Source: Candidatus Saccharimonadota bacterium (GTDB taxonomy: Bacteria; Patescibacteriota; Saccharimonadia; Saccharimonadales; Saccharimonadaceae). Taken from it: a DNA stretch of 64,000 nt. The position numbers were made by a program, and so were the translations under genes. Below, piece after piece: positions 43,121 through 52,532 of the stretch. The stretch is from contig JAECRG010000001.1 of NCBI GenBank assembly GCA_015999875.1, positions 171,330 to 235,329 on the forward strand, given 5' to 3'. Positions within the stretch are counted from its first letter, which is position 1. Each line of letters begins with the position of its first letter. Below the pieces are notes generated by a model. That model had not been told where the DNA came from and ran no database searches. It was given only the letters and a program-made list of their open reading frames with translations.

Positions 43121-46100
43121 CTATTTGAGCACGACCGCATCTTCGCCAAGAGCTTTGACGAGCTTACCCATCAGCGGGCTTGTCTCGTCCACCTTAAACG
43201 GCAGGCGGATTGCAGACTTCTTTTCTGTACCGAGCACCAACACCACCTCTGTCACCCCAGGGTGTTCCTTGCAGGCACTTTTGAGACTCAGAAGTGATGC
43301 ATGGTCATCGGGATTTCTGATGTTGATATAAAGCTTTTTCACCGGCACTGCAGCGATTGGCGCTGGAGCGGGTCGCGGCTTTTCCTCGACAGTCGCCGGC
43401 TCTTGCTTCTTAGGAATTGGCACTCCACCGTTTCGATATGTAGCACGTCGCTCTTGTTTTACTTTTGCACTCATTTTAGGGCTATCGAGTTTGCGACCAG
43501 TCTTCTGATATTCTTGAATATCTTTGTCGGTTACCACCACCACTTCGTCTGCTATCAGTTTACTCTCTCCACCCAGATTTCCTTCGCGGTCACGAGCTGA
43601 GTTTTTACCACCAATACGCACTACCGCATCTTGCACAAGCTTAGCTCCCACCTGCTCGTAAAGGTTGGGAAAGATAATAATCTCCCCTTCACCGAATTTG
43701 TCTTCAAGTCCGACAAATGCCATCTTCGTACCACTCTTTGTGACGATGGTACGCACAGTACTCACTATGCCACCGACAGTCATCGTGCGACTATCATACT
43801 CTGGCACAAGCTGCGTAAGTGGCTGGGTCTGTTCTTCGAGGTATGCCGCATAGGGGTCAAGCGGATGAGACGATATGTACAATCCAAGCAACTCGCGCTC
43901 CCACATTAGGCGCTCTTTTTCGGTATGCTTCGCTGGTGCAGTCTGGAGCGTGACTGTTGGCTGGATTTCATTAGCCGCATCGCCCATCAGGCCAAATAAA
44001 TCGGTTTGTCCACTTGCTGCTTCTTTTTGAATTTTGCTTGCAAACGCCTGGATTGTCTCCAGATTATAGAGAAGGTCTGATCGATCTCCAAATGCGTCGA
44101 ATCCACCAGCTTTGATGAGCGATTCCCATGCCTTGCGGTTGAACTTTGACGTACTTACTCTTTTGGCAAAATCTTCAATACTCGCAAACTTGCCACCTTC
44201 ACGAGCTCGTAGAACCTCTTCAACGGCACCAACACCCACACCCTTTACAGCAGCCATTCCAAAGCGTATCTGCTTCCTATCCGGCACTACCGCGAATTCA
44301 ACAAATGATTCATTGACATCAGGGTTCTGAACTTCGAGACCCATATGCTTACACTCAGTAATTTCAATTGCGAGTCGCTCTGTATCGTCTTGATCACTTG
44401 TCATGAGTGCTGCCATAAATGCATCTGGATAATGCGCCTTGAGATACGCAGTCCAGTATGAGATGAGTCCGTAGCATGCGGCATGAGATTTGTTGAAACA
44501 GTAGTTTGCAAACTCTTCTAGCTGATCCCAAAATGTTTCGGCAATAGCCTTAGTCGCACCGCCATGTGTTACCGCACCTTCGACAAACTCAACCTTCACT
44601 TTACGCATCAGATCAATTTTCTTTTTACCCACCGCTTTTCGCAAAGTATCGGCCTGCCCTCCAGTGAAGCCGCACCATTCTTTGGAAATCTGCATGAACT
44701 GTTCCTGATATACTAGAATTCCGTAAGTATTTTTAAGTGAATTCTCCATGCCACCGTGAAGATATGTAATCTCTTCTTGACCATGCTTTCGCTTAATAAA
44801 GCTATCAATAAACTGCATCGGTCCAGGTCGGTATAGCGCCACCATTGCGATAATATCGTCAAACACTGTCGGCTTGAGCTCACGCAAGTAGCGTTTCATA
44901 CCGGCAGACTCTAACTGGAATACACCCGTCGTATCACCTCGTTGAAACAGCTCATACGTAGCCTTGTCGTCCAACGGTATCTTTGAGAGGTCAATCTCAT
45001 CCTTGTAAACTTTACGGATAATGCGCAGCGCGTTATTGATAATAGTAAGGTTTGAGAGTCCCAAGAAGTCCATCTTGAGAAGCCCTAATTCTTCTACCGG
45101 ACCCATTGGGAATTGCGTAGCCACCACGCCCTTCTGTGCCATCTCGAGTGGCACATAGTTCACAACCGCCTCTGGCGCAATGACCACCCCTGCAGCATGC
45201 ACACCGTGCGAGCGCATAGTCCCTTCCAGGCGGATAGCAAAATCATATACCTGTTTTGCGGTTTGATTCGTCTCATACTCATGCTTCATATCGGCGTCAT
45301 CCACAATACTTACCGCAAGTGGAATATGTCGACCTTGCGCAGGTGGCGGGATAAGCTTTGCAAGACGGTCGCTTTCTCCGTATGGGACTTGGAGCACGCG
45401 TGCCACGTCACGTACCGCCGCGCGGGCCGCCATCGTACCAAATGTGCCAATGTTCGTCACGCGATCGTGGCCATACTTATTAGCACAATACTCGATAACC
45501 TCTCCGCGCCTGGTATCCTGAATGTCGATATCGATATCGGGCATTGAGACGCGATCTGGGTTAAGGAAACGCTCAAACAGAAGGTCATACTTAAGGGGAT
45601 CAAGGTCGGTAATATTAAGTGCGTACGCTATGATTGACCCGGCAGCAGATCCACGACCCGGACCAAAGATAATACCCTGGTCTTTCCCCCAGTTGATAAA
45701 GTCCTGGACGATAAGGAAGTATCCGTTATACCCCATCTTGTCGAGTACACCAAACTCCATGTCGAGACGCTCTAACTCAGACTCACTTAGAACAGCCCGA
45801 ATTTCGTCATTCTTCATATTCTTTGCTTCATCGACTGTCTTTGAGCCATATCGTACTGCCATACCGCGATACACCAATTGATCGAGGTATTCTTTCTCGC
45901 TCTCACCGTTCGGTGTAGGGAATTTAGGAATCAAGATTTTACCGAGCTCAATCTCAACATGACACCTGTCGGCAATGCGACGAGTGTTTGCTACGGCCTC
46001 AGGATTAGTGGCGCTCCAGCGCGAGATTATCTCTGCGGGATCCGTGACGTGCAGCTCGAAATCCTTGAGGCTCATGCGCTTTTCGTCAGACAAGAACGAA

Positions 46101-46849
46101 CCCGTGCCTACACATAATAAGATCTCGTGCGCCTCCAAGTCACTATGATCGAGATAGTGACCGTCGCTAGTCACTACGCAAGGTATATCAAGCTCCTCGG
46201 ATAGTTTCTCGAGATGCTTATTTATGCCCACCTGCACATCCCACTTCACAGGGTTGTCGGGATGACCATGGTCTTGTAGTTCGAGATAGTAGCGATCTCC
46301 GAAAACGCCTTTATACCAACTAGCGATCTTCTTCGCTTCTTCGTAGTTATCTACGCGCAGCTGCTCACCAAGCTCACCACTAGCGCATGCGCTGAGGATG
46401 ATGAGACCTTCGTTGTATTGCTCAAGCAGCTCTCGGTCAATACGCGGCTTATAGTACATACCTTCAAGATTTGCTTGCGTCGAAAGCTTCATAAGGTTTT
46501 GATACCCCTGATTGTTCATTGCCAAGATAATCAGGTGGTAGCGAGCTTTATCTTTTTGCGGGTCACGATCATGTCGAGAACGTGCCGCCACATATGCTTC
46601 CATGCCGAGAATCGGCTTCACGTCGGCTCCTTGCGCGGCCTTGTAAAACTCAATCACACCGCTCATCGTACCGTGATCGGTTATAGCGACAGCTTCCATG
46701 CCCAGATCTTTTACTCTGTCCATCAGCAATGGTATCTTAGTGAGCCCGTCGAGTAGACTGTGATGCGTGTGATTATGCAGGTGCACGTAATCAGAAGGTG
46801 CTAACGCACCTTTAATAGAGGTTTTTGTGCTCTCTTCTACCGCTCCCAT
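43121..46849 (-). CDS. dnaE: DNA polymerase III alpha subunit
   Basis: The PHP domain HLHNHTHHSLLDG, the polymerase core and an OB fold are present. 1242 aa, with an extra C-terminal segment. Confidence 0.95.
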   Translation of the reverse strand: MGAVEESTKTSIKGALAPSDYVHLHNHTHHSLLDGLTKIPLLMDRVKDLGMEAVAITDHGTMSGVIEFYKAAQGADVKPILGMEAYVAARSRHDRDPQKDKARYHLIILAMNNQGYQNLMKLSTQANLEGMYYKPRIDRELLEQYNEGLIILSACASGELGEQLRVDNYEEAKKIASWYKGVFGDRYYLELQDHGHPDNPVKWDVQVGINKHLEKLSEELDIPCVVTSDGHYLDHSDLEAHEILLCVGTGSFLSDEKRMSLKDFELHVTDPAEIISRWSATNPEAVANTRRIADRCHVEIELGKILIPKFPTPNGESEKEYLDQLVYRGMAVRYGSKTVDEAKNMKNDEIRAVLSESELERLDMEFGVLDKMGYNGYFLIVQDFINWGKDQGIIFGPGRGSAAGSIIAYALNITDLDPLKYDLLFERFLNPDRVSMPDIDIDIQDTRRGEVIEYCANKYGHDRVTNIGTFGTMAARAAVRDVARVLQVPYGESDRLAKLIPPPAQGRHIPLAVSIVDDADMKHEYETNQTAKQVYDFAIRLEGTMRSHGVHAAGVVIAPEAVVNYVPLEMAQKGVVATQFPMGPVEELGLLKMDFLGLSNLTIINNALRIIRKVYKDEIDLSKIPLDDKATYELFQRGDTTGVFQLESAGMKRYLRELKPTVFDDIIAMVALYRPGPMQFIDSFIKRKHGQEEITYLHGGMENSLKNTYGILVYQEQFMQISKEWCGFTGGQADTLRKAVGKKKIDLMRKVKVEFVEGAVTHGGATKAIAETFWDQLEEFANYCFNKSHAACYGLISYWTAYLKAHYPDAFMAALMTSDQDDTERLAIEITECKHMGLEVQNPDVNESFVEFAVVPDRKQIRFGMAAVKGVGVGAVEEVLRAREGGKFASIEDFAKRVSTSKFNRKAWESLIKAGGFDAFGDRSDLLYNLETIQAFASKIQKEAASGQTDLFGLMGDAANEIQPTVTLQTAPAKHTEKERLMWERELLGLYISSHPLDPYAAYLEEQTQPLTQLVPEYDSRTMTVGGIVSTVRTIVTKSGTKMAFVGLEDKFGEGEIIIFPNLYEQVGAKLVQDAVVRIGGKNSARDREGNLGGESKLIADEVVVVTDKDIQEYQKTGRKLDSPKMSAKVKQERRATYRNGGVPIPKKQEPATVEEKPRPAPAPIAAVPVKKLYINIRNPDDHASLLSLKSACKEHPGVTEVVLVLGTEKKSAIRLPFKVDETSPLMGKLVKALGEDAVVLK

Positions 46850-46857
46850 GTGCTTCT

Positions 46858-46866
46858 ATTGTAGCA
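46858..46866 (-). promoter_or_regulatory. extended -10 TGCTACAAT, 8 nt from dnaE ATG
   Basis: The minus strand reads TGCTACAAT-AGAAGCAC-ATG. Confidence 0.5.
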
Positions 46867-46872
46867 TAGCAA

Positions 46873-46897
46873 ACAGCCCCGAATATCTCGGGACTGT
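46873..46897 (-). terminator. terminator hairpin after the YtxH-like gene
   Basis: The minus strand reads ACAGTCCCGAG-atatt-CGGGGCTGT followed by TTGCT. Confidence 0.5.
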
Positions 46898-46918
46898 TGT
46901 AGTTTATGAAGTATAAAT

Positions 46919-47203
46919 CTAGCGTTTCGTGCTTTTTTTGACTTCCGCTTGAAGCTCGCGAGCTTTCTTCTCAGCTGCGTCACGAATCTCTTTTGCTTTC
47001 GCTTCGAGTTCACGTGCTTTTACTTCGGCAGAACTACGTACATCATCCGCCGTACTAAGAGCTTGATCTTTGAGCTCTTCGGCTTTACGCTTGATATCTT
47101 CACGCGTTTCTTTACCACTTTTTGGTGCTGTTAGAATTCCGGCCACAATGCCAGATACTGCACCGATTACTGCGCCGATCGCGAGTTTACTTCCTTTTGA
47201 CAT
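46919..47203 (-). CDS. YtxH-domain protein
   Basis: LAIGAVIGAVSGIVAGILTAPKSGKETREDIK is followed by a charged helix. Confidence 0.75.
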   Translation of the reverse strand: MSKGSKLAIGAVIGAVSGIVAGILTAPKSGKETREDIKRKAEELKDQALSTADDVRSSAEVKARELEAKAKEIRDAAEKKARELQAEVKKSTKR

Positions 47204-47215
47204 AAAATCTCCTTA

Positions 47216-47455
47216 TTACTTCTTTTTCTTTACAACTTTTCTAAGCATTTTCACTGCAGTCATAGGGGTCGTGAGTCGTGATACGTTAGTTGCCGCATTT
47301 TCAACCTGATGCACCGTTCGTTCTGCGCTTTCGGTGATATGTTTAATCTGTTGCGTCACGCGGATCAGTAGAACCATTAGAATCACCGCTAGAATGAGAA
47401 ATATCGCTAGAACTGCCGCTAGAATAATGACAAGTGCGCCTGCTGCTCCATCCAT
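47216..47455 (-). CDS. DUF948-like small membrane protein
   Basis: An N-terminal TM helix is followed by a coiled region. It pairs with a YtxH gene, as in Firmicutes. Confidence 0.55.
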   Translation of the reverse strand: MDGAAGALVIILAAVLAIFLILAVILMVLLIRVTQQIKHITESAERTVHQVENAATNVSRLTTPMTAVKMLRKVVKKKK

Positions 47456-47503
47456 ATCTATCCTTTCCGTGTAGAATTACGTATACATCTATTGTAGCAT
47501 GGG

Positions 47504-48379
47504 CTACTTGATACGCTCCTGAAGATAGAGCCTGAGTTCTGGACCGTATTCGTCACTTTCAAGTGCCAAATCAACTACTGCCTTGATGTACTTTAGTTGA
47601 TTGCCAGTATCATGCCACACCCCGTCGATAATGCGACCGTACACTTCATCTCGCTGTGCGAGTTCGTTTATACTATCCGCAAGAGTAATCTCACCATTTT
47701 TGTCGACTTTTTCGTCAGCGATAATTGGCAATATATCCGGCGTAAGCAGATATCCCCCGACAGAGGCAAGATTGCTCGGCGCATTTGCTTCACCTGGCTT
47801 CTCGATCAACTGAGTAATCTGATACGCACCACCTGCTGCTTCTTCTTTGATAGCAGCCATGCCATATTTGTCCGCGTCTTTCGTATCGACCTCTATAAGT
47901 GATATAACGGACTTGCCTGTCGCCTCATATGCATCAAGTAACTGCTGAGCACGGGGTACTTCGCTACGAAAGAAATCATCAGCAAAGAATACGAAAAAAG
48001 GCTCGTCGTCGCCAATTAGATGTTGCGCGTTCAAGACAGGCCGTGCGTTACCCTTTGGTGTGCCCTTCTGGCGAACATACACAAAGTTTGCAAGCTCTGC
48101 AACAGCTTTAATCTGATCGGCCTTGTCATGCTTACCTTTTTCGCGCAGTTCCGCTTCGAGCTCATCGCTGCGATCAAAATGATCTTCTATAGCTCGCTTA
48201 GTACTGCCCGTTACAATAATAACCTCTGTCACACCCGCAGAAACCGCTTCTTCTACAATAAGTTGAATTACCGGTCGATCAATAATCGGTAGCATTTCTT
48301 TTGGCATCGCTTTTGTCTGAGGTAGAAAACGAGTCCCCAGTCCTGCGGCACAGATAATTGCTTTGGTTGGTTTTTTCAT
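47504..48379 (-). CDS. galU: UTP--glucose-1-phosphate uridylyltransferase
   Basis: Motifs seen: AAGLGTRFLPQTKAMPKEMLPI and VGGYLLTPDI. Confidence 0.9.
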   Translation of the reverse strand: MKKPTKAIICAAGLGTRFLPQTKAMPKEMLPIIDRPVIQLIVEEAVSAGVTEVIIVTGSTKRAIEDHFDRSDELEAELREKGKHDKADQIKAVAELANFVYVRQKGTPKGNARPVLNAQHLIGDDEPFFVFFADDFFRSEVPRAQQLLDAYEATGKSVISLIEVDTKDADKYGMAAIKEEAAGGAYQITQLIEKPGEANAPSNLASVGGYLLTPDILPIIADEKVDKNGEITLADSINELAQRDEVYGRIIDGVWHDTGNQLKYIKAVVDLALESDEYGPELRLYLQERIK

Positions 48380-48392
48380 ATATCCTCCTACT

Positions 48393-48941
48393 CTACTTTT
48401 GTACGATTAATTGCTTCAGCTCTTCGTAGGCATATAGTACGGCAACTGCGTCTGTCATCTGAGCAGTTTGTGCGTTTTTGATAAGTTCGGAAATAGAAAT
48501 GACACGAACTGTCACATCTTCGCCCTCTTCGAGCATTTGATCAGCGGTTTTTTTACAGTCACGTGCCAAAAAGTACCAGTGCGTATTGTTGGAGTACGCA
48601 TCGCCGTGGTACGCACCAAGAGCTATAATGTTATCAGTAGAATATCCAGTCTCTTCGAGTAGCTCTCGCTGCGCCGCTTCAACAGGATCTTCGCCCGAAT
48701 CAATCATACCCCCTGGCAGCTCTTGCATGACCTGCTCTGGGCCAGCACGAAACTGTTCGGCAATTATGACCTTATTATCTGCCGTCAGTGCAATCACGGC
48801 CGCGCTATGGTCGCCCACACTACCAATTGTATCAAAATCAATTTCAAAACCACTAGGCTGCGTGAAATGTTTACGCGTAACAGTACGCCAACCCACCTTA
48901 GTAGCTATATCTGATTCGCGTCGCTGCCAAGCCTGAGTCAT
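48393..48941 (-). CDS. NUDIX hydrolase (ADP-ribose pyrophosphatase-like)
   Basis: The Nudix box GGMIDSGEDPVEAAQRELLEETG is present. Confidence 0.85.
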   Translation of the reverse strand: MTQAWQRRESDIATKVGWRTVTRKHFTQPSGFEIDFDTIGSVGDHSAAVIALTADNKVIIAEQFRAGPEQVMQELPGGMIDSGEDPVEAAQRELLEETGYSTDNIIALGAYHGDAYSNNTHWYFLARDCKKTADQMLEEGEDVTVRVISISELIKNAQTAQMTDAVAVLYAYEELKQLIVQK

Positions 48942-50392
48942 AGCTTCTTCCTAAGTAGCTCCTGTGCCAATGCCGGATTAGCCTGTCCGCGAGACTTTTT
49001 CATTACCTGACCCACGAGATAACCTATCGCCTTGTCATTACCTGAGCGAATATCTTCGAGCACCTTAGCAGATGCGGGATCCGCAAGGATCTCGTCTACC
49101 ACTACAGCAATGGCATCGGTATCGCTATTTTGCAGTAGATTATTTGCCTCGGCAATCGCACGCGGATTATGCTCACCTGCGTAGAGTGCTTTAAAAATAT
49201 CTTTTGCAGTATTAGATGAAATCTCCGACTTTTCAATCATGCCCGCAAGCTCTATTAACTCGTCAGCCGACACACCCTCATCGATAGCAGAAACTTGTTC
49301 GTCCGATGAGTTACTACCAAGTCCACTTGCAAATAAATTTGCAATACGAGTGGCCGCGCCGTCACCTGCGTCGAGTTGAACCTTCCGCACCAACTCGGCA
49401 TGGCGTCGTGTCCCAAGTAGTGTATTAACTACCGAAGTATCTAAACCGAGTGAGCTCCATGCGTCACGATAGATTTGTGGTAATACTGGCATGTCAGACT
49501 GAATCTCGGCAACTTCTTCCGGAGTCAGCACGATCGGAGGTATGTCCGGGTCTGGCATGTAGCGATAATCTTGTGCGTCTTCTTTGCTACGCTGGCTAAC
49601 CGTAAGCTGCCTATCATCATCCCAGCCACGTGTTTCTTGTACAACTTTTCCACCGCTTTCAAGTATGTCGATTTGACGATTAAATTCATACTCAGCAGCA
49701 CGTTCTACGCTGCGGAATGAGTTTAAGTTTTTAATTTCTGCACGCGTCCCTAATTCAGTAACGCCTTTTTTTGCAACAGAAATATTTACATCAAAACGCA
49801 TATTGCCGTGATACAAATCACCATGCGTAACACCAGAGTAAGTCATGAGCCTATGCAATTCGGTAGCGTACGCACGAGCCGCTGCAGCCGAATGTATGTC
49901 CGGCTCGGAGACGATCTCAATAAGTGGGGTTCCGGCACGATTGAGGTCTACCAGACTATAGCCATCAAAATGAGTCAACTTACCTGCGTCTTCTTCCATG
50001 TGCGCATGGTGAATTCGCACATCGACAGCTGATCCGTCTTCAAGCGGCACTGCGATACTTCCAGGTCCGATAATCGGCTCATACATTTGAGTAGTCTGGT
50101 ATCCTTTTGGCAAATCTGGGTAAAAATAATGTTTGCGATCAAAGTGGCTACGCAGCGCAATTTCACTATTGAGCGCTTTGCCTGCTCGCACAGATAAGCG
50201 CACAGCCTCCCAGTTGAGGACAGGGAGCATGCCTGGCAAGCCATAGTCGACTGGTACGACTTTGCTGTTTGGCTCCGAATCACGCGCATCGTTGTCCGCA
50301 GCGCTAAACAGTTTTGTCTTGGTCGCAAGTTGCACATGGCACTCAATACCAATTGTCATTTCATACGTATCTAAAACTTCTTTTTGCGCCAT
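48938..50392 (-). CDS. gatB: Asp/Glu-tRNA amidotransferase subunit B
   Basis: IGIECHVQL and RKHYFYPDLPKGYQ are present, with a C-terminal GatB/YqeY domain. Confidence 0.95.
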   Translation of the reverse strand: MAQKEVLDTYEMTIGIECHVQLATKTKLFSAADNDARDSEPNSKVVPVDYGLPGMLPVLNWEAVRLSVRAGKALNSEIALRSHFDRKHYFYPDLPKGYQTTQMYEPIIGPGSIAVPLEDGSAVDVRIHHAHMEEDAGKLTHFDGYSLVDLNRAGTPLIEIVSEPDIHSAAAARAYATELHRLMTYSGVTHGDLYHGNMRFDVNISVAKKGVTELGTRAEIKNLNSFRSVERAAEYEFNRQIDILESGGKVVQETRGWDDDRQLTVSQRSKEDAQDYRYMPDPDIPPIVLTPEEVAEIQSDMPVLPQIYRDAWSSLGLDTSVVNTLLGTRRHAELVRKVQLDAGDGAATRIANLFASGLGSNSSDEQVSAIDEGVSADELIELAGMIEKSEISSNTAKDIFKALYAGEHNPRAIAEANNLLQNSDTDAIAVVVDEILADPASAKVLEDIRSGNDKAIGYLVGQVMKKSRGQANPALAQELLRKKL

Positions 50393-50393
50393 A

Positions 50394-50816
50394 CTATATT
50401 GCTCCTACATCTTTGAGTGCTTGTTTGAAACCAGCGAGTGCACGACGCGCAGTATCATATGTAACATGTACGTCTGGTTCGTGAGCGATTTGATTTCGCA
50501 GCTTATGTGCTGCCCACGTGCTATTGCGGCTACTGAGTCGAGATGAAGCAGATTTGAGTCGCTCACCCATGGTCGTGCCTTTGTACCCAGATTCTTTGAG
50601 AGATTGGTCAAGTAGCTTATCGGCGTTAAGTACCGAAAGATGATAACTCGCGGGCTGATCACGCGCAAGAGAGCGCTCAATAGTGAGCCATTTGGTCCGA
50701 TATTTATCCTGATTGAGCTGACGACCACCTTTTGTATAGGTAATGATTACCAATACCAAGCCCCCCACAATCAAGATTGCAGCAAAAAATACAAGCAGGC
50801 TAAGGTTGCTATCCAT
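50394..50816 (-). CDS. membrane-anchored small protein with RNxxxH (HEPN-like) motif, inserted between gatA and gatB
   Basis: The N-terminal TM is LLVFFAAILIVGGLVLVIITY. AHKLRNQIAHE carries the motif. ATGGATAG overlaps the gatA stop, and its own stop lies 1 nt before the gatB ATG. Confidence 0.65.
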   Translation of the reverse strand: MDSNLSLLVFFAAILIVGGLVLVIITYTKGGRQLNQDKYRTKWLTIERSLARDQPASYHLSVLNADKLLDQSLKESGYKGTTMGERLKSASSRLSSRNSTWAAHKLRNQIAHEPDVHVTYDTARRALAGFKQALKDVGAI

Positions 50817-52194
50817 GACGCAACTCCTCTAGCTCTCGGGCTATTGCAAGGATGTGCGCATCATCGCGTCGCTTACCGATTATCTGAATACCGATTGGCA
50901 GGCCTTCATCATTTGTGTCTATCGGGACGCTTACCGCAGGCAGACCAGCGAGACTCGCAGGTACGGTCATAACGTCTTCAAGATACATCTTAAGAGGGTC
51001 ATCCGTATTGTTCCCGATCTTAAAGGCAGGACTTGGTGCCACGGGACCAATCAATGCATCGTATCTACTAAGCACATCGTTGAATTCACGAATAAGCAAC
51101 GTGCGTGCTTTTTGTGCTTTTTGGTAATACGCGTCAAAAAATCCGCTCGAGAGCACATAGCTTCCGATAATAATTCGTCGCTTATTTTCTGGCTCAAAAC
51201 CTGCCTGGCGGCTCAGCTCATATACATCACGAAGCGTACCCTCATTGCCAACCCTTGAGCCATATCGCACACCGTCGTACCGCGCAAGGTTACTGCTTAT
51301 CTCAGCCGGCACAACAATATAGTAAATTGCCAACGCATACTTGAGCATCGGGAGACTTACTTCTTCAACCTCATAACCAAGAGATTTATATTGCTCAACT
51401 GCAGCCAAAATTCGAGCACGTACAATAGGGTCAATACCCTCCGCCATGAACTCTTTGATAAGACCAAGCTTTTTACCAGTTGGCGTAGATTGTACTGCAA
51501 AAAAGTCAGGTAGCGTCGTCATGTCTTTAGTATCTTGACCGGTCATAATATCCATTAGCAAGGCCGTGTCCTCGACATCGTGCGCCAAAACACCAATTGT
51601 ATCAGTACCACTTGCCATCGCCACTACCCCATAGCGACTTACTGCACCATACGTCGGCTTAATGCCAACAACACCGTTAAAGCTAGCTGGCTGGCGAATA
51701 GAGCCGCCGGTATCCGTGCCAAGCGCAAAGGGTACAATACCACGCGCGACTGCTACCGCAGAACCGCCGCTTGAACCACCGGCGACTCGTGTTGGGTCGA
51801 CAGCATTACGCGTCACGCCGTAGGCTGAATTCTCAGTGCTGCCGCCGTGAGCAAAAGCGTCCAGGTTTACTTTTCCGATACATATCGCACCTTCCGACTC
51901 AAGCTTCTCCACTACTGTCGCTTGGAGTGGAGCATCGAAAGATTTAAGTAATTTACTAGCGGCTGTCGTAGGAGCTCCATAGCCGAGAAAGTTATCCTTT
52001 GCTACAAATGGCACGCCAGCCAACCGACCTTTAAGCTCTCCCGCGTCTACTTTCGCAGCACGCTCAAGCGCCCGAGACTCGCTCAAGTTAATCACTACAT
52101 TGTTTTTGTCGGCTTTCGCGCGCTCAAGCGCGGCACGTACTACTGCGACTGCAGAAGTCGCCGCCACTTCATCGATTTGTTTTGCTATCTTCAT
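50809..52194 (-). CDS. gatA: Glu-tRNA(Gln) amidotransferase subunit A
   Basis: The amidase signature GGSSGGSAVAVA and the GTDTGGSIRQPA loop are present. Confidence 0.95.
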   Translation of the reverse strand: MKIAKQIDEVAATSAVAVVRAALERAKADKNNVVINLSESRALERAAKVDAGELKGRLAGVPFVAKDNFLGYGAPTTAASKLLKSFDAPLQATVVEKLESEGAICIGKVNLDAFAHGGSTENSAYGVTRNAVDPTRVAGGSSGGSAVAVARGIVPFALGTDTGGSIRQPASFNGVVGIKPTYGAVSRYGVVAMASGTDTIGVLAHDVEDTALLMDIMTGQDTKDMTTLPDFFAVQSTPTGKKLGLIKEFMAEGIDPIVRARILAAVEQYKSLGYEVEEVSLPMLKYALAIYYIVVPAEISSNLARYDGVRYGSRVGNEGTLRDVYELSRQAGFEPENKRRIIIGSYVLSSGFFDAYYQKAQKARTLLIREFNDVLSRYDALIGPVAPSPAFKIGNNTDDPLKMYLEDVMTVPASLAGLPAVSVPIDTNDEGLPIGIQIIGKRRDDAHILAIARELEELRHG

Positions 52195-52488
52195 CTATAA
52201 CACCTTCGGCACTTTAAATTGCTCCGCGACGACACCACCCTCTGAGAGGCCAGTCAGCGCTTCACGTGCGACTTCTCTTTCGGCGATAACATCACTCCGT
52301 GAGACATTTGTCTGATCCATACCATAATATGTTGGCTCTACACCCTCGGTATCGAGCTCGCCAAGTAACTCAAAATAACTCAAAATACGCTCAAGATCTG
52401 AGGTTAGTTTAGTAGCTTCATCATCACTAAGGCGCAATGCACTTAGCTGCGCGAGAGCTCGCACGTCATCTGTCGAGATTGTTGTCAT
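52195..52488 (-). CDS. gatC: Asp/Glu-tRNA amidotransferase subunit C
   Basis: MTTISTDDVRALAQLSALRLSDDEA is present. The start is trimmed from GTG 52512. TACAAT (52500-52495) lies 6 nt upstream. Confidence 0.85.
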   Translation of the reverse strand: MTTISTDDVRALAQLSALRLSDDEATKLTSDLERILSYFELLGELDTEGVEPTYYGMDQTNVSRSDVIAEREVAREALTGLSEGGVVAEQFKVPKVL

Positions 52489-52532
52489 ACCTCTATTGTA
52501 TCGTACTCTCACTCGAGATGGAACACATTACG

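Noticed and set aside
50826-50840. The 11-mer GCTCTCGGGCT, matching the hairpin-element core, lies just upstream of the HEPN-like ORF start
   Set aside because: It lies within the gatA coding sequence (…ARELEEL…) and has no partner arm to form the hairpin. A single short match is compatible with chance.
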